Source: Thermotogota bacterium
GTDB lineage: Bacteria > Bipolaricaulota > Bipolaricaulia > UBA7950 > UBA9294
Length of the DNA stretch: 17,308 nt
Assembly: GCA_039679545.1 (NCBI GenBank)
Contig: JBDKUT010000020.1
Location: 1 to 17,308, forward strand
Reading direction: 5' to 3'
Numbering within the stretch: the stretch's first letter is position 1; each line of letters starts with the position of its first letter. The notes beneath the pieces were generated by a model. It was given only the letters and a program-made list of their open reading frames with translations, was not told where the DNA came from and did not search any database. Below are positions 6,333-14,775 of this stretch, one piece after another. A program made the position numbers and the translations under genes.

Positions 6333-6360
6333 ATTGTACCCCCCACCCCCTCGCCGACAA
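6333..6360 (-). promoter_or_regulatory. sigma70-type promoter for a probably leaderless transcript
   Basis: Minus strand TTGTCG (6360-6355), 16-bp spacer, TACAAT (6338-6333), 6 nt, then ATG (6326). No SD lies between the -10 box and the ATG. Confidence 0.6.
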
Positions 6361-6483
6361 GCCCCCCCCGGCGCCCGTTTTTCGGACTCCGTATACCTTC
6401 CCGCTCTTCAACGCCCCCCGTCCCGGCCACGTCCTCTCCTTTGCTCGTGTATTGAAGGACAAGATAGGCTAAGATCATGATCG

Positions 6484-8583
6484 ATGACGCATCGATCCTC
6501 TGCGCCGAGGTCCTGCCGGATTGCTCTGTTCCTGTTCGCTCTTTGCACCTTGGGGCGACTTGCGTACGCCGTCCACGGAGAGAGCGAGCTTGAGGCCGGC
6601 ATCGAATGGGGTACGGAAGCTGTCGCCCGATCTTCTGCACCCGAGATCGAGGGAACGCTGGAATGGAGCACCTCCTTCGGGAGTACGGGGGCGGTGACGG
6701 TGACCGCGGGGTGGGCCGACGCGGCGGGCGTCGTGGCGCTCCCCTCGGAGGCGGAACTCTCCGAGCGGCTCGAGTCGCTCGCCCTATCCGAGGAGAGCCG
6801 AGCGCGGTTGCGCGCTACGTGGACGACCGTCGTGGCCGCCCTCAACGCGATCCGCAGTCTCCCTGTGCCCACCTCAGTCCGTACCATCGAAACGTGTCTC
6901 GAGACGCTCGAAACGTCCCTCGACGCGTTCCTCGCGGACGTCGAGGCAACGGCAAGCGATCACGCCGGCACGGCGCCCCTTCTCGCCGGCGCGAGCGAGC
7001 TCGAGCGGCATGCGGACCGACTCGAGTCGATCGCAAGCCGGATCCGTCTCTACGCCAAGGGAGCGTGTGCGACAGCCCTCACGGCGGACCTCGAGAACGC
7101 GGCCCGGACGCTGGCCAACGCCGATCGAGACAGCTACCGCAGCCGCTTGGGTCGACTCGCGGACGGAGCGGAGGCCGCACGGGGCGCCGACCTGCGCCGC
7201 GATGCGGCGGACTCCATCCGCGCGGCGTGCGACGCTCTCCTACGACGCCTGGGCGTTCGCACCCTCGAGCGGTCACTCGACGTCGCCGGGTCCACCGAGA
7301 TCCTCGGACTCGATCTTGACGTGGAGTTCGCCGCAGCCCGAACCGCGTCCGTAGCGCCGAGCGGAGGGACACGATCCCTGTCGGCGGCCGGAGCCGCCAC
7401 CCACGAGTCCGGAGATACGGAGGTCGCGCTCTCCTTCAGCACGAATGCCGTTCAGGTCGACGACCGCCTTCGAGAAACCGCGGCCAAGACGACGTCCGAG
7501 ATCGAAGCGTCGGCCGCATGCCGGCTCGGGGAGATCGACCTCGAAGCGCGGATCACCACCGAGTTGGAGCGTCGTCCTCTTCAGATCGACGCGGAGATCG
7601 AGGACGCGGGCATTCCGAGCGCTCAGAGCGTCGTCGCAACGCTGGCGCAGCAAGTGACCGCCGAAGTCCTCGCCAGTACGACCAAGCGCCTCTTGCTGGC
7701 CGATCTCGCCGACGCTGAAGCCGCCCTGGGAGAAGCCCGTCGAGGGGACGCAGCGGACGCGGTCGAGGATTTCATCGATCACGTCGAGTCCGAGCGGTGG
7801 AAGGGAAAGGTCCCGGCGGAGACCGCCGCGCGGTGGATTGACCGAGCGATGGAGATCCAGCCCCGACGCAGCGTGCGGAGGCTCGAGATTCCCATCGCCA
7901 TCGAAGTCCCGATCGCCGACGACTCGGTTGACGTCGAACTCGAGTGGTCGAGGGTCGCCTACCCCGCGAACGCCGCGTTGGGCTCGACGAAGTCGGCGGC
8001 CGCGGCAACGTGGTCGACGGAGCGGAACGAATGGTCGATTGACACGAGCGCCGAGCGGACGAGGACCCGATACCCCGCAGCACCCACGAAGGACACATCG
8101 ACGTCCGAGCTTGCCCTCGAGCTGGAAAGGCCCCTCGCCGTGGGTGACCTCGCGCTCGCGGCCAAGATCGCACACCGAGTCCGTCACGCTGCGCCGGAGA
8201 ACGACCGCGACGACGTCGCGCTCTCGGGTTCGTGGTCCGGAACCTGGAACGGAATCTCCCTTTCGCTTGAAGCAAGCGAGAAGGCGAGACGGTACCCGAA
8301 CGCCCCCTCTCCCCTCGGGACGAGGACGCGAGCGAGCACACTCGACGCCGCGTTCCCTCTCGGCGGAGGAACGCTCGGCGTCACGTGGGAGACCGAGAAC
8401 GCTCGAACCTCGGAGGGCGATCCGGATCTAGACACCACCGCGCTCTCGGTCGACTGGGAGTACGAGGCGGACGACGTGAACGTTTCCCTTTCAGTCGACT
8501 GGGAAGAGCGCACGGACTGGACTTCGCCTGCCAAGGATCGCCGAGGCTTGACGCTCGCCGCAGAGCTGACGATCCCGTTCTAG
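6484..8583 (+). CDS. Putative outer-membrane beta-barrel protein with two alpha-helical insertions (one FIMAH-like), 699 aa
   Basis: Signal-like N-terminus ending LAYA; many alternating strands (VDVELEWSRVAY, VALSGSWSGTW, LSVDWEYE); C-terminal LTLAAELTIPF; helical block LLADLADAEAALGEARRGDAADAVEDFIDHVESERWKGKV. Confidence 0.7.
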   Translation: MTHRSSAPRSCRIALFLFALCTLGRLAYAVHGESELEAGIEWGTEAVARSSAPEIEGTLEWSTSFGSTGAVTVTAGWADAAGVVALPSEAELSERLESLALSEESRARLRATWTTVVAALNAIRSLPVPTSVRTIETCLETLETSLDAFLADVEATASDHAGTAPLLAGASELERHADRLESIASRIRLYAKGACATALTADLENAARTLANADRDSYRSRLGRLADGAEAARGADLRRDAADSIRAACDALLRRLGVRTLERSLDVAGSTEILGLDLDVEFAAARTASVAPSGGTRSLSAAGAATHESGDTEVALSFSTNAVQVDDRLRETAAKTTSEIEASAACRLGEIDLEARITTELERRPLQIDAEIEDAGIPSAQSVVATLAQQVTAEVLASTTKRLLLADLADAEAALGEARRGDAADAVEDFIDHVESERWKGKVPAETAARWIDRAMEIQPRRSVRRLEIPIAIEVPIADDSVDVELEWSRVAYPANAALGSTKSAAAATWSTERNEWSIDTSAERTRTRYPAAPTKDTSTSELALELERPLAVGDLALAAKIAHRVRHAAPENDRDDVALSGSWSGTWNGISLSLEASEKARRYPNAPSPLGTRTRASTLDAAFPLGGGTLGVTWETENARTSEGDPDLDTTALSVDWEYEADDVNVSLSVDWEERTDWTSPAKDRRGLTLAAELTIPF

Positions 8584-8718
8584 ACTTCACGCTCGCGCTC
8601 ACCACGGACCACGGAGAACGCCGAGAGGCGCCAGGCGGCCACCACGGCACGACGAGAGGGCCCTCGGCGCGTCTCCGGGGGGCGTCGGCGACTTGCCCGA
8701 CCGGGGGGATCGAGCCGG

Positions 8719-8747
8719 TTGCCCGAAGGCTGACCTGCTCGTACACT
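8719..8747 (+). promoter_or_regulatory. sigma70-type promoter
   Basis: TTGCCC (8719-8724), 17-bp spacer, TACACT (8742-8747). GGAGG SD at 8756-8760 precedes ATG 8767. Confidence 0.6.
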
Positions 8748-8766
8748 CCCGCGCCGGAGGTATGGA

Positions 8767-9534
8767 ATGGTGTACAGAGGCTCGCTCGTCGCCTTCGCCC
8801 TCGTCGCGGCGTTGGTCGGCACGGCGGAGGCTCGAGAGATCCGTCTGCCGGACGAGGCACCGGTCCGAGGGAATGTGCTCGTCGCCGAGGCGTTCACGAA
8901 GACGGTGGACGGCGAGTCCGTGCCGACCGAGTTCCCGGCCTGGCCCGGCAGCCAAGGAGTGAAATCGTCGATGTGGTTCTCCGTCCGCATCGAAGCCCAC
9001 CCGGGCGACGTTCTCGTCCTCGCTCCGGGCGAGTACGACGCGGAGATCTGGATCTTCACCCCCGACGTCACGGTCTGCACCGATCCCGCCGCGTCCGGGC
9101 TTGCCGTCATCCGTGGCACGATCGAGGTCGACGCCGATCGCGTCCTCCTGGAACGCTTGTCCGTCACGGCCTCCAAAGACCCGACGACGAGCGGACATGG
9201 GATCGAGGTGAACCGCGTGTACGTCCGGTCGATCACGATTCGCGATTGCTCCTCATCGGAGAACCCATGGACCGGCATCCACATCATCGGAGCGAAGGGC
9301 GCCATCGAGGAGCTGCGCGTTGAACGATGCGTCCTTCAAAACAACGGGATGGACGGGATGGACTCGATCTCGGTGCGCCGTCTCGTCGTGATGGGCTGCA
9401 CCATCACCGGGAACGGTTGGAGCCTCTCCACGGGGGTCGGCATCCGCGTCGGCCGCTTCGTCGAGAGCCTCGAGCTCGTCGACAATGTCGTCGCCGACAA
9501 CCGGTATGCGGATGTGTACCGGGGAGGAGACTAG
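8767..9534 (+). CDS. Secreted right-handed parallel beta-helix (pectin-lyase-like fold) protein
   Basis: Signal peptide ending AEA; cap motif AHPGDVLVLAPGEY; PbH1-like repeats (GHGIEV, ENPWTGIHI, NNGMDGMD, GNGW...GVGIRV). Confidence 0.82.
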   Translation: MVYRGSLVAFALVAALVGTAEAREIRLPDEAPVRGNVLVAEAFTKTVDGESVPTEFPAWPGSQGVKSSMWFSVRIEAHPGDVLVLAPGEYDAEIWIFTPDVTVCTDPAASGLAVIRGTIEVDADRVLLERLSVTASKDPTTSGHGIEVNRVYVRSITIRDCSSSENPWTGIHIIGAKGAIEELRVERCVLQNNGMDGMDSISVRRLVVMGCTITGNGWSLSTGVGIRVGRFVESLELVDNVVADNRYADVYRGGD

Positions 9535-9843
9535 GCTTCAGTTCATGGCGACTCGACGATCTTCGCAGTCAAGTCGCCGTCGGCTTCGTGCTCGCCGTGC
9601 GCTGAGTTCGTTGAGAGAAGGCGACCGTGTCCGAAACGAACGCGCCGGGGCTACGGCCCGGCCAACCCTTTCATCCGAAGGACAGCACCGCGACGGATTC
9701 CTGGCGGCGCCGTTCCCGCCCAGTCGGGGAAGCTGAACCCGGACGTTCCCCACGCGAATCGTGCCGGCTGTACATTCGTCCCACCTCGCCTGAGGCGGTC
9801 GAGCTCACGAGGGACGCCGCGCCGGGCCCGCTACAATGGAGGT

Positions 9844-11214
9844 GTGAAGAGGAGCGAAGCTGGGCGAGAACGGTACGAGCTCGTGATTTGCGACGCGCGG
9901 GTCCTGACCCCCTACGGTCTTCTGACGACCTCGATCGGCGTCGCCAACGGACGCATCGCGGCGTTGGGCCGCGGCGGCGACCTGGTCGGAGACGAGACGA
10001 TCGACGCGCACGGCCTGTGGGTCTTGCCGGGAGCCATCGACGGCCACACGCACATGGAGGCCCCAGCGTTCGGAATCCAGTCGCGAGACACGTTGGAGTC
10101 GGGAACGAAGGCGGCGGCCGCGGGCGGCGTCACGACGATCGTCGACTTCACCGTCGCCTCCGGGGCGACGCTCGGCCACGAGATCGAGTCCCGAATCACG
10201 GCGGCTCGCCGAGTCACCGTCGATGTCGCTCTCCACGCCGAGGTTGTCGGCTGGCGCTCCGGTCGCGCCGACGAGGTCGCAGACGCCGTTCGGCTCGGAG
10301 TCCGCAGTTTCAAGTTCTACACCGTCTACGCCGAACGATCCGACCCGGAAGAGCTTGCGGACGCGTTCCGGGCGATTGCGGCCGTCGACGGAGTGGCCAT
10401 GGTCCACGCGGAAGACGCCGAGATCGTCCGGGCGGCATCGGACCGCCTCTCCCGCGAGGAGCGCCGACACGCCGACGCGCTACCGAAGAGCCGTCCGACG
10501 GTCGCCGAGTCGACGGCCATCTCTCTCGTCGCCGCCCTCGCTGAGCGCGCCGGCGCCCGCCTCCACATCGCTCACGTCAGCAGCGGAGATGGGTGCGAGG
10601 CGGTGAGGCGGGCCAAGGCACGCGGTGTCCGGATCACCGCGGAGACTTGTCCTCACTACCTCGTTCTCGACGAAGGCATGTACGAGCGCGCCGACGGCCG
10701 CACGTGGAGTGTCATCCCGCCGCTGCGGACCGCCGCGGACCGAGAGGCGCTCTGGTCCGCCCTTCGCGATGGGACGATCGATGCGGTGGTGACGGATCAC
10801 TGTCCGTTCTTCCGCGCTGACAAGGAGGTCGGGGACGACGTCCTCGAGATTCCGTGCGGCCTTCCGGGAGTCGAGACCTTCCTCCCGATCCTCTACTCCG
10901 AAGGCCGGGCGCGAGGCTTCGCACCGGAGCGGCTCGCCCGTCTCTCGGCCGAGGCTTCATCTCGGATCTTCGGGCTCTCTCCGCGCAAGGGACGGATCGT
11001 CGTTGGAGCCGACGCGGACTTGGTCCTCTACGACCCGGAACGCACGTGGGCTGTCTCTGCAGCAAGGCTCCACATGCAGAGCGACGTCTCCCCCTACGAA
11101 GGGCTCGCCGTTCGTGGCGCCGTCGTCCGCACCCTCGTCCGCGGACGCAGCGTCTGGGCGGACGAGGAATCCGCCGGCGTGCCGGGGTGGGGGCGGTTCG
11201 TTCCGGCCGTCTAG
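9844..11214 (+). CDS. Cyclic amidohydrolase, dihydropyrimidinase/hydantoinase-like
   Basis: PGAIDGHTH, AAAGGVTTIVDF, SFKFY (carboxy-Lys), VHAED, HIAHVS, ETCPHYL, PPLR, TDHCPF, KGRIVVGADADLV. GTG start is tentative. Confidence 0.88.
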   Translation: MKRSEAGRERYELVICDARVLTPYGLLTTSIGVANGRIAALGRGGDLVGDETIDAHGLWVLPGAIDGHTHMEAPAFGIQSRDTLESGTKAAAAGGVTTIVDFTVASGATLGHEIESRITAARRVTVDVALHAEVVGWRSGRADEVADAVRLGVRSFKFYTVYAERSDPEELADAFRAIAAVDGVAMVHAEDAEIVRAASDRLSREERRHADALPKSRPTVAESTAISLVAALAERAGARLHIAHVSSGDGCEAVRRAKARGVRITAETCPHYLVLDEGMYERADGRTWSVIPPLRTAADREALWSALRDGTIDAVVTDHCPFFRADKEVGDDVLEIPCGLPGVETFLPILYSEGRARGFAPERLARLSAEASSRIFGLSPRKGRIVVGADADLVLYDPERTWAVSAARLHMQSDVSPYEGLAVRGAVVRTLVRGRSVWADEESAGVPGWGRFVPAV

Positions 11215-11218
11215 GAGG

Positions 11219-11352
11219 TCCCAAGAAGCAGCAACCGCAGAGGGGAAAGCACCGACCTGCGGCCCGCAAGAGGACGCGGGACGGACACGGCCGGTCCCGG
11301 AACGGATGACGCTGTTCGCGCCGTGGCTTGCTCTGCGTCCTCTGAGGTGGGA
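11219..11352. other. Nested hairpin structure filling the spacer between convergent genes
   Basis: 11219-11223/11348-11352, 11235-11240/11257-11262, 11269-11280/11332-11343 (12 bp), 11286-11291/11320-11325, 11300-11305/11312-11317. Confidence 0.5.
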
Positions 11353-12279
11353 TCAGCCTCTGCTCTGCGGTGAGCCGACCGGCCTCGAGGGCACCGCGGC
11401 CAAGAGCCGATCGACCTCGCTTCGCCGCGGCAGGGAGGGTTGTGCTCCGCGTTTCGTCGCGGCGAGCGCCCCGGCAGCGTTCGCGAAGCGAATCGCCTCG
11501 AGAATCGGCCGCTCGGTGACGGCACACCCGAGGGCGCCGTTGAATGCGTCCCCGGCGGCGGTGCTGTCGACGACCTCAACCGGGATTGTGGGCACGTGCG
11601 TCGTGGTCTCTCCGATCCAGTACGCGCCCTGATCGCCCGCCTTGCAGACTACGCCGCGCACGCCGAGCGAGAGGAGCCGCCGCGCCGCCGACTCGAGGCC
11701 GTCGATTCCCGTCAGAGTCGAAAGCTCCGTCCGGTTCGGCGTGAGGATGTCGACCCGGTCGAGAGGAAGTCCCGACAGGTTCTGCGCGGGAGCGGGATCC
11801 AGGATCACGATCGGCCGGTCCTTCGGAAGCCGCTCAAGGACGAAGGCGATCGTCGCAAGCGGGATTTCAAACTGAAGCAGAAGAACGTCGGCTGCCGCAA
11901 TGCGATCGAAGACACGCGCCGCGTACGCGGCGTCGACCGCTCCGTTCGCACCGGGAACGCAGGCGATCGCGTTCTCTCCCGTTCGCTCCACCCAGATGGA
12001 TGCCGTGCCCGTCGGGGGCTCCACCACGCGTGCCACGGCGGACACGTCGATCCCATCCGCTCGCAGCCCTTCGATGAGCCGGTCTCCGAACGGGTCGCGG
12101 CCGACCTTCCCAAAGAAGGCCACCGCCGCCCCAAGCCGCGCGGCGGCAACCGCCTGGTTCGCCCCCTTGCCTCCCGGGTAGTAGCGGAGGCTCTCTCCGG
12201 CGACCGTTTCCCCGGGGCGCGGAATCCGCGCCACTTCCGTGACGAGATCCATGTTGGCGCTTCCGAGAACGGCAATCAC
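11353..12279 (-). CDS. rbsK: Ribokinase (PfkB family), 308 aa
   Basis: GSANMDL, PRPGETV, GGKGANQAVAAARLG, GKVGRDPFG, TPNRTE and DSTAAGDAFNG. GTG start at 12279 overlaps the upstream TGA (GTGA). Confidence 0.92.
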   Translation of the reverse strand: MIAVLGSANMDLVTEVARIPRPGETVAGESLRYYPGGKGANQAVAAARLGAAVAFFGKVGRDPFGDRLIEGLRADGIDVSAVARVVEPPTGTASIWVERTGENAIACVPGANGAVDAAYAARVFDRIAAADVLLLQFEIPLATIAFVLERLPKDRPIVILDPAPAQNLSGLPLDRVDILTPNRTELSTLTGIDGLESAARRLLSLGVRGVVCKAGDQGAYWIGETTTHVPTIPVEVVDSTAAGDAFNGALGCAVTERPILEAIRFANAAGALAATKRGAQPSLPRRSEVDRLLAAVPSRPVGSPQSRG

Positions 12280-13616
12280 GCTCGTCCCACTCCCTTCGTT
12301 TGACTCGTTTTCGCCGCACCGGAGCGCGTTGTCCCGGTTGTGGCAAGGCGCTTTCCCCACCCCGCCGTCCACTCCACGAGGCGATCGAACCCGATCTCCT
12401 CGAACCCGTCCACGTACGTGCGCAGCCCGTTCCCGATCGGCGCGCTCCATCGCTCGGGAATTCCCGCGGTTCCCACGAGGCAGCCGACGAGCGCCGCCGC
12501 CTGCCCGGTCGAGCAGTCCGTGTCGTACCCGCAGCGAAGCGTCGTCAGGATCGAGCGCTCGAAGTCGCCCTCGCCAAGCATAAGCCCCGTGACGACGCAG
12601 GCGACGTTCGGCAGCGTGTGGATCCAGTGGTACCGGTCGATCGACGGCGCCAGCGCATCCATCACGCGGGCGGCGGCACCATAGCGGCGGCACGCGTCGA
12701 TCGCCTCTTCCACCGTAGCGGCGAAGTTTCCTCCGGCCGGGACGAGCCGCAACGCGCCGCGCAAGAGAGATTCGATCTCGGGCTCGTCGAGCGCAAGCGC
12801 CATCAGGGCCGCCGCGTAGACCGCGCCGTCCATTCCTTCGCGGTAGTGGGAGATGACGGCGTCGCGGAACGCCAGTTCCGCCGCCCGCTCCGGATCACCC
12901 AACGCGAGGAGCCCGTGGATCTCGGTTCGCATTTGGCCACCGACCCACGCCCCGCAGGGGTTCCGCTCCCAACGGCTCTCCGGAGGAAGCACGCCGGCCT
13001 TCACGTTCTCGAGCGCCGCCCACTCCGCCGTGAAGGCAAACGGGAGGTGCGCGACCCACTCGAGGGCGAGGTCGGCGCTCGTGAAGCCGGCCCCGTGCTC
13101 GTCCAGAGTGTGCAGGACGAGGATCGGATAGGCGGTGTCGTCGTTCTCGACCTTCGGAGAGACGAGGTAGCTCTGAACCGCCCCGTGCTTGGCGGCGATT
13201 CGCTCGCGCGTCCACCCCTCGACCGGGTCGCCGAGCGCCGTCCCGATGCACTTCCCGATCCACGCCGCGCGCACGCGGTCCTCGTAGTCTGTGGCCTGGG
13301 TTCGGTCGATCGGCGGCGTAGCCGCCCCGCGAAGGCGGGACCGGTACTCGGCCCACGTCGCCGGTTCCCCCTCACGAATCGCCGCGAGCCGTCGCACCAT
13401 CACCGCGTTCACACCGGCGACGATCTGGGCAAGCGATCCCCAAGACTTCGCGGCGAATGCCCTCTCGGCTTCCTTAAGAAGCGGGAGCGCGTCGCTCATG
13501 TCGCACCCCAAGTTGGTCAAAGCGTCGACGGCGGCCCGGGTCGGGTAGACCGTGACGCCCGACGCCGTCTCGGTGCTCCACAAGGCCTCGATCTCACCCC
13601 GTCGCTTCTCGTCCAT
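12276..13616 (-). CDS. ADP-ribosylglycohydrolase (ARH/DraG) family protein, 446 aa
   Basis: WIGKCIGTALGDPVEG, ENDDT, GGQMRTE, SHYREG and GYDTDC motifs. ATG 13616 has a GGGAGAGG SD; the ORF-track extension to 14003 overlaps the upstream gene. Confidence 0.88.
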   Translation of the reverse strand: MDEKRRGEIEALWSTETASGVTVYPTRAAVDALTNLGCDMSDALPLLKEAERAFAAKSWGSLAQIVAGVNAVMVRRLAAIREGEPATWAEYRSRLRGAATPPIDRTQATDYEDRVRAAWIGKCIGTALGDPVEGWTRERIAAKHGAVQSYLVSPKVENDDTAYPILVLHTLDEHGAGFTSADLALEWVAHLPFAFTAEWAALENVKAGVLPPESRWERNPCGAWVGGQMRTEIHGLLALGDPERAAELAFRDAVISHYREGMDGAVYAAALMALALDEPEIESLLRGALRLVPAGGNFAATVEEAIDACRRYGAAARVMDALAPSIDRYHWIHTLPNVACVVTGLMLGEGDFERSILTTLRCGYDTDCSTGQAAALVGCLVGTAGIPERWSAPIGNGLRTYVDGFEEIGFDRLVEWTAGWGKRLATTGTTRSGAAKTSQTKGVGRA

Positions 13617-13632
13617 CGTCCTCTCCCGATTC

Positions 13633-14775
13633 CTAGAGCGCTGACGCCAGCCATTCGACGACGTCTTCGACCTCGATCGGCGACTTGGCGCGGCGTTTCG
13701 CGTCGAGGAGCGCGATCTGGCAAGCCGGACACGCCGACACGACAAGGTCGGCACCGGTGGTTGCTGCCTCCGCCCAACGCGCTTCCTCGTTCTCGATCGA
13801 CATCGGCTCGAAGCCGAGTCGGACGAAGGCTCCGCTGCCGCAGCAGAACGAGGCCTCGCGCGTCCGCCGCAGCTCCACACGCTTTGCGCCGGGAACAGCA
13901 TCGATTGTCCGCCGCGGCGCGTCGTACACGCCGAGGCCGCGCCCGAGGGTGCACGGGTCGTGGTAGGCGACGATCCGCGACTGCTTCTTCCATCGAAACG
14001 CACCGGCTTCGATCCGGTCGGCGAGGAACTCCGTCACGTGAAGCGTCCGGAAGTGGAGCGGACGCCCGAGGAGGCGAGGGTAGTCCTCGCGGAACGTCTT
14101 CAGACACCCGGGGCATGGGAAAATGACTACCTCTGCGCCGCTCGCCTCGACGGCGGCAACAAGCGACTCGGCCGCCGCGCGCGCCTCCTCGAGCCTTCCG
14201 GCACTCACAAACGGATGACCGCAGCACGTCTCGTCTCGCAAGAGGCCGAAGTCGGCGCCCGCCGCCTCGAGGAGCGCGTAACCGGAGCGGGCGATTCCGC
14301 GCCTCACGTACGACGGCGTGCAGCCCACGTAGTAGAGAACGGGAGCGCGCTTTCCGACCCGCGACGTTCCGGGAGCCCAGTCAAGGCGCGCCTTCCGCGG
14401 CTTCCCGTACGGGTTCCCCTCCGCCTTGACGGCCTGCGTCGCCTGCTCCAGCTCCGGCGGAACGAGGTCACGCTCGGCCAAGTCGCCCTTCATCGCCGCG
14501 TACAGGTCGAGGAGCGGGAGGTACTTGAAGCACTGTTCCTCGCAGGCGCCGCACTCCGTGCACGCGAAGATCCGGCCCGCGACGTCGGCGTCGTAATCGA
14601 GAACGCCGTCGACGAGGGCACGCGCTATCGCGAGCTTCCCGCGCGCCCCGTACGACTCCATCCCGTACGTGACGTACGACGGGCAGATCTTTGCTTGGCT
14701 TCCCTCGATGTGGTCGAAGCAGAAGCCGCAGCGAAGGCAGCTGTAGATCTGGTCCTTGTACTCCTTGACTCTCAT
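13633..14775 (-). CDS. Fe-S oxidoreductase subunit with 4Fe-4S dicluster and two CCG domains (GlcF/HdrD-like)
   Basis: CLRCGFC...CPS, CTECGACEEQC, YYVGC, ETCCG, CPGC, YHDPC, FCCG and ACPAC. ATGA overlap with the upstream gene. Confidence 0.9.
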   Translation of the reverse strand: MRVKEYKDQIYSCLRCGFCFDHIEGSQAKICPSYVTYGMESYGARGKLAIARALVDGVLDYDADVAGRIFACTECGACEEQCFKYLPLLDLYAAMKGDLAERDLVPPELEQATQAVKAEGNPYGKPRKARLDWAPGTSRVGKRAPVLYYVGCTPSYVRRGIARSGYALLEAAGADFGLLRDETCCGHPFVSAGRLEEARAAAESLVAAVEASGAEVVIFPCPGCLKTFREDYPRLLGRPLHFRTLHVTEFLADRIEAGAFRWKKQSRIVAYHDPCTLGRGLGVYDAPRRTIDAVPGAKRVELRRTREASFCCGSGAFVRLGFEPMSIENEEARWAEAATTGADLVVSACPACQIALLDAKRRAKSPIEVEDVVEWLASAL

